Origin: Minisyncoccia bacterium
GTDB taxonomy: Bacteria > Patescibacteriota > Minisyncoccia > SW-4-49-11
Direction of reading: 5' to 3'
DNA: 64,000 nucleotides
Assembly: GCA_044341565.1 (NCBI GenBank)
Contig: JBIIRM010000001.1
Coordinates: 74,527 to 138,526 of the forward strand
Part shown: positions 8,122 through 17,193 of the stretch, in pieces
How the letters are laid out: every line of letters starts with the position of its first letter
Numbering within the stretch: the first letter of the stretch is position 1
Notes under the pieces: model-generated
What the model saw: only the letters and a program-made list of their open reading frames with translations
What the model was told of the DNA's origin: nothing
The model's database searches: none
Program-made: the position numbers and the translations under genes

Positions 8122-11052
8122 ATGGCAGTTACACAAATCACCAAAAGAGATGGAGAAATTGTATCATTTAATCAAGCAAAAATCTGGAAGGCAATTAGTA
8201 AAGCATTTCTTGATGTTAAACAAAATTTCACCGCCGAGGAGGCAAAACAAGTTGATGGAGTTACTGAGTCTGTAGTAGCGGCTCTGGATGCTCAATTCGT
8301 AGATAATTATCCTACGGTTGAAATTGTACAGGATATTGTAGAGAAAAAATTAATGGAGAGAGGATTTTATGATGTTGCAAAGGGATATATTCTCTATCGA
8401 AAAGCTCATGATGATGCCCGGCAAGAGGAATTAGAAAAATTAGAAGGTGCTCATCCAAGTTTGAAAGTCCGTAAAGCTTCTGGTGAGGTGGTGTCTTTTA
8501 ATCGATATAATATTAATAAGACAATATCATATTCTCTTACAGGATTAGAAAATGATATTGATGTAAATTTAATTGTCTCTGGAATTGAGAATAGTATTTA
8601 TGATGGGATGACAACCAAAGAAATTGCACAAATTATTGTGATGACAGTACGTTCTTATATTGATCGCGATCCAGCCTATTCAGTATTAGCAGCACGATTA
8701 TTGTTAAATACTATTTATGAAGGAGTTATTGGAGAGGATTTAGATTATGCAAATTTAGATACTCTTTATCGGGAATCTTTTGTTAATAATATTCACGCAG
8801 CAGTAAATGCCGGTATTTTGAGTAAGGATATGCTTGACTATAATCTAGAGTGGTTGGCAACAAAAATCAAGCCAGAGCGAGATAATCTATTCAAATTCTT
8901 AGGTATTCAAACCCTATATGATAGATATTTTATCAAAGATCCCGTAAGTAAGAGAATGTTTGATACTCCTCAAGGATTTTGGATGCGTGTAGCCATGGGA
9001 CTTGCTTTAGTTGAAAAACCAGAAATTAGAGAGCAAAAAGTGGTTGATTTCTATGAAATTATGTCACAAATGTATTTTGTACCATCAACCCCAACTTTAT
9101 TCCATGCAGGGACAAATCATCCACAATTATCTTCTTGTTATCTTAATACTATAGAAGATGATTTGAGTCATATCTTTAAAGTAATTGGAGATAATGCTCA
9201 AATGTCAAAATGGTCTGGAGGAATTGGAACTGACTTTACTAATTTACGAGGAATTGGAGCTTTAATTAAAGGTACTGGAGTTGAAAGTCAGGGAATTGTG
9301 CCTTTTCTAAAAATTGCCAATGATACTACAGCCGCTATTAATCGTAGTGGAAAAAGACGAGGAGCTGCAGTTGTATATCTTGAGACTTGGCATGTGGATA
9401 TAGAAGATTTCTTGGAATTACGTAAAAATACAGGAGATGAGAGACGACGTACTCATGATATGAATACTGCTAATTGGATTCCTGATTTATTTATGGAGCG
9501 AGTTCGCCAAGATGGAGATTGGACATTATTTTCTCCTGATGAAACTCCAGATTTACATCATATTTATGGGACTGAATTTAATATTGCCTATAAGAAATAT
9601 GAGCAATTAGCTGATGAGGGGAAAATCAAATTATTTCGTAGACTGAAAGCCAAAGATTTATGGCGCAAAATGATCACAATGTTATATGAGACAGGGCATC
9701 CTTGGATTACTTTCAAAGACCCATCTAATATTCGATCTCCACAAGATCATGTAGGAGTTATTCATAATTCTAATCTTTGTACTGAGATTACTCTTAATAA
9801 TTCAGCTGAGGAAACTGCAGTATGTAATCTTGGGTCTCTCAACTTAAAATATTTTGTAAAAAATGGGGAATTTGATAAAGAATTAATAGCTAGAGTAGTA
9901 CCAATTGCAATTAGAATGCTTGATAATGTTGTTGATATTAATTTTTACCCAACTAAAGAGGGAGAAGTATCTAATAAAAGACATCGTCCTATTGGACTTG
10001 GTATTATGGGTTATCATGATGCTCTATATCAATTAGATATTAATTTTGATACTGAGGATGCAGTAGAATTTGCAGATTATTCTATGGAAGCAATTTCTTA
10101 TTATGCAGTTTTAGCTTCTAGCCAACTAGCTCAAGAAAAAGGTGCTTATGAGAGTTTCAAAGGATCAAAATGGGATAGAGGAATTCTTCCGGTTGACACT
10201 ATAAATCTCTTAGAGCAATCTCGTGAAATGCAAATCCCCGTAAATAGAATTGAGCGATTAGATTGGACTCCAGTTCGAGAATCTATCAAAAAATATGGAA
10301 TGCGTAATTCTAATACTATGGCTATTGCACCCACATCTAATTTAGCTAATATTACGGATGCGGTACCTGCTAATGAACCAATATATAAGAATTTGTATGT
10401 GAAATCAAATCAAGCAGGAGATTTTACTGTTATCAATTCCTATCTTATTGAGGATTTAAAGAAAATTGGATTATGGACACCAATTATTGCTGATAAAATT
10501 AAGTATTTTGATGGGTCTATTTCTCAGATTCCCGAAATCCCAGAACAGTTAAGAGCAAAATATAAGGAAGTATTTGAAATTGATCCAAAATGGTTGGTAA
10601 AAGCAGCAGCTTATCGTGGAAAATGGATGGATCAAAGTCAATCACTTAATATATTTTATCGAGGAGTTTCAGGAAAGGAAATTGCTGATGTATATATGTA
10701 TGCTTGGGAATTAGGGGTGAAGACTACCTATTATCTAAGAACCCTTGCTATATCACAGGTAGAAAAATCAACAGTAAGTATTAATGAATTTGGTACTACT
10801 CATCGCCGCGATTTTAGTCAATCAACGGTAAATACAAGTAAAGAACAACAGGTAATACCTGAGGCTCAATCAGTAGTAAATGCAATAGAATCAGGATTTA
10901 TTCAAGCTCCAACTCCTGATATTACTCCTATATCAAATGTGAATCTTACTCCTGCAACTTCATCAATATCTCTTGAGAATTTACCCCCTCAACCACCCAA
11001 ATCTAATATATTTGCGGTAATAGAAGGTCAAATTTGTGATTCCTGTCAATAA
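8122..11052 (+). CDS. nrdA: Class Ia ribonucleoside-diphosphate reductase alpha subunit with two N-terminal ATP-cone domains
   Basis: 976 aa; two ATP-cones (VTQITKRDGEIVSFNQAKIWKAI… and VRKASGEVVSFNRYNINKTISYS…), catalytic core (…NLCTEI…, …SNLANI…), C-terminal CDSC cysteine pair. Confidence 0.9.
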   Translation: MAVTQITKRDGEIVSFNQAKIWKAISKAFLDVKQNFTAEEAKQVDGVTESVVAALDAQFVDNYPTVEIVQDIVEKKLMERGFYDVAKGYILYRKAHDDARQEELEKLEGAHPSLKVRKASGEVVSFNRYNINKTISYSLTGLENDIDVNLIVSGIENSIYDGMTTKEIAQIIVMTVRSYIDRDPAYSVLAARLLLNTIYEGVIGEDLDYANLDTLYRESFVNNIHAAVNAGILSKDMLDYNLEWLATKIKPERDNLFKFLGIQTLYDRYFIKDPVSKRMFDTPQGFWMRVAMGLALVEKPEIREQKVVDFYEIMSQMYFVPSTPTLFHAGTNHPQLSSCYLNTIEDDLSHIFKVIGDNAQMSKWSGGIGTDFTNLRGIGALIKGTGVESQGIVPFLKIANDTTAAINRSGKRRGAAVVYLETWHVDIEDFLELRKNTGDERRRTHDMNTANWIPDLFMERVRQDGDWTLFSPDETPDLHHIYGTEFNIAYKKYEQLADEGKIKLFRRLKAKDLWRKMITMLYETGHPWITFKDPSNIRSPQDHVGVIHNSNLCTEITLNNSAEETAVCNLGSLNLKYFVKNGEFDKELIARVVPIAIRMLDNVVDINFYPTKEGEVSNKRHRPIGLGIMGYHDALYQLDINFDTEDAVEFADYSMEAISYYAVLASSQLAQEKGAYESFKGSKWDRGILPVDTINLLEQSREMQIPVNRIERLDWTPVRESIKKYGMRNSNTMAIAPTSNLANITDAVPANEPIYKNLYVKSNQAGDFTVINSYLIEDLKKIGLWTPIIADKIKYFDGSISQIPEIPEQLRAKYKEVFEIDPKWLVKAAAYRGKWMDQSQSLNIFYRGVSGKEIADVYMYAWELGVKTTYYLRTLAISQVEKSTVSINEFGTTHRRDFSQSTVNTSKEQQVIPEAQSVVNAIESGFIQAPTPDITPISNVNLTPATSSISLENLPPQPPKSNIFAVIEGQICDSCQ

Positions 11053-11075
11053 TACATTTAATAAATACTATCAAT

Positions 11076-12110
11076 ATGTCTATTACCCAAACAAATCAAA
11101 GAATTAATATTAATGACAGACGAGTTATTAATGGAAAAGATGGGGATGTGGTGCAATTACATCCCATGAAACATATTTTTGCTTGGGATGCTTATCTTAC
11201 CGGGAATGCTAATCATTGGTTACCAACCGAAATTGGTATGCAAATTGATGTAGAGCAATGGAAATCAAATACTATTTTGACTGAAGATGAGAGACTTGCC
11301 TTCAAAACTGTATTAGGATTTTTTACCACAGCTGATTCACTTGCTGCGAACAATCTCGTACTTGCTACCTATAAGCATATTACATCTCCAGAAATTCGTA
11401 TGTATCTTTTACGTCAATCGTATGAAGAGGCTATACATACACATGCCTATCAATATATGGTGGAAAGTTTGGGTCTTGATGGAAGTGAAATATTCAATAT
11501 GTATCGTGAAGTTGAAAGCATTTATAATAAAGCTTCATTCTTCTTATCATTCAATGATGGAATTTTTGATCCTCATTTTAAAACTGGTACTTTTGAATCC
11601 GATCAGAAATTCTTAGAGAATCTTTGTGTATTTTCGCTTATTGTAGAAGGAATTTTCTTTTATAGCTCTTTTGCAGTAATATTTGGTTTTCAACGACAAA
11701 ATAAAATGCCAGGTAGTGCTGAGCAAATTCAATATATTATGAGAGATGAATCAAATCATCTCAATTTTGGAGCCGATATGATTAATACTATAAAGCAAGA
11801 ACAGCCCGAATTATGGACTCAAGAATTCCAAGCTCATATTACTGATTTGATTAAAGAAGCTGTGGGATTAGAATATGAATTTGCAACAACATGTTTCCCA
11901 AGAGGTATAATGGGAATTAGTGCCGATGGATTTAGACGCTATATTGAATATATTGCAGATAGAAGATTACAAAGAGTGGGTCTACCTATTGTATATGGAA
12001 CAGAAAATCCATTCCCATGGATGTCTGAGTCAGTAGATTTAGCTAAGGAGAAGAATTTCTTTGAAACTCGAGTTATTGAATATCAGACAGGAGGAACTCT
12101 AGATTGGTAA
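11076..12110 (+). CDS. nrdB: Class Ia ribonucleotide reductase beta subunit (di-iron/tyrosyl radical)
   Basis: 344 aa; ferritin-like R2 fold motifs (…YEEAIHTHAY…, …EGIFFYSSF…, …RDESNHLNF…). Confidence 0.85.
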   Translation: MSITQTNQRININDRRVINGKDGDVVQLHPMKHIFAWDAYLTGNANHWLPTEIGMQIDVEQWKSNTILTEDERLAFKTVLGFFTTADSLAANNLVLATYKHITSPEIRMYLLRQSYEEAIHTHAYQYMVESLGLDGSEIFNMYREVESIYNKASFFLSFNDGIFDPHFKTGTFESDQKFLENLCVFSLIVEGIFFYSSFAVIFGFQRQNKMPGSAEQIQYIMRDESNHLNFGADMINTIKQEQPELWTQEFQAHITDLIKEAVGLEYEFATTCFPRGIMGISADGFRRYIEYIADRRLQRVGLPIVYGTENPFPWMSESVDLAKEKNFFETRVIEYQTGGTLDW

Positions 12111-12234
12111 AAAAAGAGAATCGTTATATATCTATAGTGTTGAATTAATATTTGGATTATAGTATACTATAGCGGTTCTTTTTGTTTAATATGCTTGGCA
12201 CAATGCTTCTTACTTTATTGGAGTAGGGGTTATT

Positions 12235-12263
12235 CTGCCAGGCATATTGTCTACACCTGGCAG
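12235..12263 (+). promoter_or_regulatory. Perfect 8-bp stem hairpin (CTGCCAGG-13 nt-CCTGGCAG) ending 2 nt before the ATG of ORF 12266
   Basis: Direct inspection; no downstream T-tract, so not a classical terminator. Confidence 0.4.
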
Positions 12264-12265
12264 TA

Positions 12266-12724
12266 ATGATCATGATCGATGTTCCAACTCAAGTGATGGA
12301 GCAAATTACTGAGGAGTTCCCTTCTCATGCAGATAAACTTACTCAAGATAACCCCAGACCCATTCACCATTCGGATAATTGGATTGGAAATGTATGGTTT
12401 GACAAGCTTCAGGCGGCAGCAAATGCTAATACAGTTTTGAAACAATTATCTAATGGGCAAGAAAGCTTTAGCAATATTGGACCTATTGAAGTAGAGAAAA
12501 TTCATATTGCTTACTCTGATCAAGGATCAATTCGAGTTCGAGTCAGGAAAGGACATCAAAGTGATGAAATTCTCTTGATTCATATCAATACATACAATAT
12601 CACTATTAATGCATCACGTTTGTGGAAGCAAGATACGGATATAATTCCGTTTAGCAGAAATAATGCTAATACGATAATTCAAGTTTTGGAAAGGCAATTA
12701 CAGCAATATCGACATCTTATCTGA
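12266..12724 (+). CDS. Hypothetical protein (152 aa), no recognisable family
   Basis: ORF with three in-frame ATGs at its start; ends with the rare TGA stop; followed by a terminator-like hairpin. Confidence 0.4.
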   Translation: MIMIDVPTQVMEQITEEFPSHADKLTQDNPRPIHHSDNWIGNVWFDKLQAAANANTVLKQLSNGQESFSNIGPIEVEKIHIAYSDQGSIRVRVRKGHQSDEILLIHINTYNITINASRLWKQDTDIIPFSRNNANTIIQVLERQLQQYRHLI

Positions 12725-12744
12725 GATCTATTACTTTTTTACTT

Positions 12745-12776
12745 CACCCCTGCATAGCGATGTGGGGGTTTTCATT
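12745..12776 (+). terminator. Probable rho-independent terminator
   Basis: CACCCC…GGGGGT stem followed by TTTTCATTT. Confidence 0.4.
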
Positions 12777-12808
12777 TAACTATACACTTTTATGATATAA
12801 TAAAATAT

Positions 12809-15800
12809 ATGTCAATATATGAAGAAGCATTACAACAATTAAATTCAGAGCAAAGAGAGGCAGTAAATAGTTTGTTTGGGCCTATTATGGTAGTTGCTGG
12901 TCCCGGTTCAGGGAAAACTCAATTATTATCTTTACGTGTAGCTCATATTTTACAATCACAGGATATAGATGTTGAAAATATTCTTTGTCTTACTTTTACT
13001 GATGCAGCTGCTCATAATATGCGACAAAGATTAGCCTCCTTTATTGGGAATAAAGCTTATAATATTCCTATTCATACTTTTCATAGTTTTGGACAATCAT
13101 TACTCAAAGATTATCCAGAATATACTGCTGGTATTGAAAAAACAGCAATAGAATCAGTATATCAATCAGAAATTATCAATTCTATTATACAAGTATTACC
13201 CTATAATCATATTCTTATTCCTCGTGGGGAAGATAGAAGTAAAGTGATTAATAACATTGCAACAGCTATTAAACATATTAAAGAGGCGGGACTTACTCCA
13301 TCAGAATATCAGGCCATATTACAGGAAAATAAAGCTCAATATGAAGTATTAATACCAATTATACAGGAAATTGATGCTATTTCCCTGGGTGGAAAAAAAG
13401 ATAGACAAGATAAATTGCAAAAATTTAGAATATTGGCCCAGTCTATGCCTGAAATTACGAGTAATAGATATTTTGAATCATATGTACAAAGTGTAAAAAA
13501 ATCATTTTTCTTGGCCCTAGAAGAGACTGAAGCTTTAGAAAAGGAAGTTTTCACCCCTATAGCAAAATGGAAATCTAAGAATCTTATTAAGGGAAAAGAT
13601 GGTAAAAAAACTCTTATAGATTATGAGAGATATGAAAAACAATTAGCTCTTGGAGATATATATCGACAATATCAAGAATATTTACATCAAAATCAATTAA
13701 TAGATTTTGCAGATATGCTCTTGAATGCATTAACTTTACTCAAAGAAAATGAGGCATTAAGATCAAAATTACAAGAACAATATCAATTTATATTAGTGGA
13801 TGAATTTCAAGATACTAATGAGGTACAAATGCAATTAATTTTAGCTTTGATAGGGGATAATCCTGAACCTAATATATTAGTAGTGGGGGATGATGATCAG
13901 GGTATTTATGGATTTCAGGGAGCGGATATATCTCATATGTTATCGTTTCAAAGTAGATTCCCAACTACTCAATTAATTGTCCTTACACAAAATTATCGAT
14001 CCCGAAAAGAAATTTTGGATATTGCAAGACAAGTTATTATTCAAGGTGAGGATAGATTAGAAAATCGTATAGAAGTATTAGAGAAAAGATTAGAATCAGC
14101 TAAATTAAGACAAGATGGAGATTTAGCCTATTATGAATTTGATTCACAGGCCGAGGAATATACCTATATAGCAAATAGTATAGAGGAATTGCGTCGATCT
14201 CAAACAGATTTATCAGAAATTGCTATTATTTCGCGTAAGCATGAATATTTAGAGGCGACAGTACCTTTTTTAGCTGAGTTAGATATTCCTCTTGAATATG
14301 CAAAGCAATATAATCTTTTGAATGAGACAATTATTCATCAACTAATTATATTATTACGTTTTATCTATTCTCTTACTCCAAGTCAATCCCCCCGCAATGA
14401 TTTATTACCAGAAATTTTAGCCTATTCATTTTGGGGAATGGATACTTTAACAGTATGGAAATTTTTTCAAGAAAGAGATTATACGAAGTCTCATATAGAA
14501 AGATTATATGCTTCTTCCAGTAAAGATTTACAGGCAATAGGGGAATTATGCTTGCATTTAGCAGTAATATCAGAATATGAAACCATAGAATATATTATTT
14601 TATATTTGATTGGCTCAATTGAGGATACAAGTCATGATAATTCCAAATTTTATCAATATTATTTGGGTAAAGCAGTATTCGAGACAAAAGAAAATGAATA
14701 TATTGAAAATCTAGCTAAAATTAAATCATTTATTGAACATATAAAAAAATATAAACAAGGGCAGAGATTAACGCTAAAAGATGGACTTGAGACAATTCAA
14801 GCCTATCAAAATCAAGGGGGAATGAAGGCGAAAAACACTATTAATACGGGGAAACAATCTGTTAAATTAATGACAGTACATCAGGTTAAAGGATTAGAAT
14901 TCGAGACAGTCTTTGTAATTAATACTCATAATAAAGGATGGGCATCCAAGGGAAAGTCCTCACCTTATCCTTTCCCACTCAATTTACCTATTATCCCAAA
15001 ACAAGATTCAGAAGATGATTTCCTAAGAATTTTATTTGTTGCTTTAACTCGATCAAAGAATAATTTATTTATTACTAGCCATCGATATAATGATGAGGGA
15101 AAAGAGCATATATCTCTTCCTTATTTATCATTTTTAGAAAAAGGAATTACCCCGCAAGTACAAGCTCTTGATATTGCAAATTCGACGTGGAGAGCTATAC
15201 AGCCCAATATATTCCATTCTCAAGAAGTATCTTTCTTGGAGGGTATTATACAGCAATATCGTTTTAGTGCTTCACATTTGAATAATTTTGTAGATACGGT
15301 ATATAAAGGCCCCTTAGCAGTATTAGAATCAGCTCTATTGCATTTTCCATCAATAGGAACTATATCAACAGCATATGGTAATATTCTTCATCGTATTTTT
15401 CATTATATTTCTCTACAAATTCAATCACATAAAGATTTTCCTGATATCACCGAATTAACTCAAATTGCCAATAACTATTTATCTCAGGAAAGATTAAGTA
15501 TAGATAATACAGCAAAAGTATCACAAAAAATACAAGATCAATTACCAGTATTAATACAGGCTAAAAAAGAAAGCTTTTTTATACCTCATGAATCAGAATA
15601 TAATGTAAGAGAATTATATTTAGAGTGGGAAGGAATCCCTTTAACCGGTTCAATAGATAGAATTGAAGAATATGAAGATTTTTATGTGATTGTTGATTTT
15701 AAAACAGGAACTCCCATATTGTCTTGGGATAATAAGGTTAAAAAAGATATATTAGATAAATATAAAAGGCAATTATGGTTTTATGCTTTTCTTTTGAAAG

Positions 15801-16039
15801 TTGCAGGTAAATATCAAGATAAGCCTTTGCAAGGACGAATTGATTTTCTAGAGCCAAGTATAGAAGGGGAATATATATCATTATCTATCACAATTGAAGA
15901 ATCTGATATAAACTATATAAGTAAACTTACACAAATTATTTATCATAAAATAATAAGTTTAGATTTCCCAGATATTAAGGTGTATAAACAAGGGGGAACA
16001 GATAAATTTATTCAAGATTTAATGGATAATAATATATAA
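12809..16039 (+). CDS. UvrD/PcrA-family SF1 helicase fused to a C-terminal PD-(D/E)xK (RecB/Cas4-like) nuclease domain
   Basis: 1076 aa; Walker A AGPGSGKTQ, motif II ILVDEFQDTN, motif VI VALTRSKNNLFIT; C-terminal GSIDRIEEYEDFYVIVDFKTGTP…KYKRQLWFYAFLL resembles the RecB-family nuclease motifs. Confidence 0.7.
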   Translation: MSIYEEALQQLNSEQREAVNSLFGPIMVVAGPGSGKTQLLSLRVAHILQSQDIDVENILCLTFTDAAAHNMRQRLASFIGNKAYNIPIHTFHSFGQSLLKDYPEYTAGIEKTAIESVYQSEIINSIIQVLPYNHILIPRGEDRSKVINNIATAIKHIKEAGLTPSEYQAILQENKAQYEVLIPIIQEIDAISLGGKKDRQDKLQKFRILAQSMPEITSNRYFESYVQSVKKSFFLALEETEALEKEVFTPIAKWKSKNLIKGKDGKKTLIDYERYEKQLALGDIYRQYQEYLHQNQLIDFADMLLNALTLLKENEALRSKLQEQYQFILVDEFQDTNEVQMQLILALIGDNPEPNILVVGDDDQGIYGFQGADISHMLSFQSRFPTTQLIVLTQNYRSRKEILDIARQVIIQGEDRLENRIEVLEKRLESAKLRQDGDLAYYEFDSQAEEYTYIANSIEELRRSQTDLSEIAIISRKHEYLEATVPFLAELDIPLEYAKQYNLLNETIIHQLIILLRFIYSLTPSQSPRNDLLPEILAYSFWGMDTLTVWKFFQERDYTKSHIERLYASSSKDLQAIGELCLHLAVISEYETIEYIILYLIGSIEDTSHDNSKFYQYYLGKAVFETKENEYIENLAKIKSFIEHIKKYKQGQRLTLKDGLETIQAYQNQGGMKAKNTINTGKQSVKLMTVHQVKGLEFETVFVINTHNKGWASKGKSSPYPFPLNLPIIPKQDSEDDFLRILFVALTRSKNNLFITSHRYNDEGKEHISLPYLSFLEKGITPQVQALDIANSTWRAIQPNIFHSQEVSFLEGIIQQYRFSASHLNNFVDTVYKGPLAVLESALLHFPSIGTISTAYGNILHRIFHYISLQIQSHKDFPDITELTQIANNYLSQERLSIDNTAKVSQKIQDQLPVLIQAKKESFFIPHESEYNVRELYLEWEGIPLTGSIDRIEEYEDFYVIVDFKTGTPILSWDNKVKKDILDKYKRQLWFYAFLLKVAGKYQDKPLQGRIDFLEPSIEGEYISLSITIEESDINYISKLTQIIYHKIISLDFPDIKVYKQGGTDKFIQDLMDNNI

Positions 16040-16043
16040 TGAG

Positions 16044-17183
16044 ATGAAAATAGGGATAGATGCACGATTTTTTGGGAATAGTGGTAAGGGTTTGGGTCGA
16101 TATACTCAAAAATTAATTGAGGAATTAGAAAAAATTGATCATCATAATCAATATTATATTTTTTTAGGTTCTCATAATATTGAAGAATATCAACCTCAAA
16201 ACCCTAATTTTCATAAAGTATTGGCTGATATACCATGGTATTCTTGGCAAGAACAAGTATTATTTCCCCAATTATTACGCAAATATCAATTAGATTTAAT
16301 GCATTTCTTGCATTTTAATATACCAGTTTTTTATAGACGACCTTATATGGTTACTATACATGATTTAATTTTATTAGAATATCCCACTCGTAAGGCCTCA
16401 AGATTAAATGGAATTATGTATACGATTAAAAATCTAGCATATAGATTGGTTATTATGAATGCAATATATACTGCCAAAAAAGTTATTACTATTTCAGAAT
16501 ATACCAGGCAATCTATTGTGAAGCATTTTCATATTCCATCTAATGAAATGGCAATGATATATGAAGGTGTAGATTTAGAGCGTTTTAATCCTCTCAATGC
16601 ACAGCCATTCGCATTTAATAGTAATGGAATTATTGAAGGCAATTATATATTATATGTGGGTAATGTATATCCTCATAAAAATATTGAACGCTTAATAGAT
16701 GTGTTTTATAGTCTCAAGCAAAAATTAGATATAGATTCTCAATTACAATTGGTATTAGTAGGTAAAAAGGATCATTTTTTTGAGCAAATTATTGTAAAAG
16801 TTAATTCATTGGGACTCACTAATTCAATTATATTCCCAGGATATGTAGTGGATGAGCAATTGATTTCATTATATGAGAAATGTCTATTCTATGTATTTCC
16901 GTCTCTATATGAAGGGTTTGGACTCCCTCCTCTTGAAGCTATTGCTCTTAGGGCTCCTATTGTAATCTCAAATGCTACCTGCTTACCGGAAATTTTTGGT
17001 AAGCATATAGAATATTTTGACCCTAAATCTCAGGAGAATATGGAACAAGTTTTATATAATTTTATTATGAATCCAGACAAAAGAGAAGAACAAAAACAAT
17101 ATCATCAAGAAATTTTAGCTCAATATTCCTGGGCTGATATGGCAGAAAGTACAAAAAACCTGTATAATACAATTAAGATATAA
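16044..17183 (+). CDS. Family 4 (GT-B) glycosyltransferase
   Basis: 379 aa; C-terminal EGFGLPPLEAIALRAPIVIS matches the GT4 E-x7-E region. Confidence 0.7.
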   Translation: MKIGIDARFFGNSGKGLGRYTQKLIEELEKIDHHNQYYIFLGSHNIEEYQPQNPNFHKVLADIPWYSWQEQVLFPQLLRKYQLDLMHFLHFNIPVFYRRPYMVTIHDLILLEYPTRKASRLNGIMYTIKNLAYRLVIMNAIYTAKKVITISEYTRQSIVKHFHIPSNEMAMIYEGVDLERFNPLNAQPFAFNSNGIIEGNYILYVGNVYPHKNIERLIDVFYSLKQKLDIDSQLQLVLVGKKDHFFEQIIVKVNSLGLTNSIIFPGYVVDEQLISLYEKCLFYVFPSLYEGFGLPPLEAIALRAPIVISNATCLPEIFGKHIEYFDPKSQENMEQVLYNFIMNPDKREEQKQYHQEILAQYSWADMAESTKNLYNTIKI

Positions 17184-17193
17184 ATACAGAATT

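Noticed and set aside
12809-16039. The helicase-nuclease as part of a defence island (e.g. adjacent restriction or abortive-infection genes)
   Set aside because: The neighbours are nrdAB, a glycosyltransferase and murB; no methyltransferase, toxin or other defence-associated gene is nearby, so a DNA-repair role is the parsimonious reading
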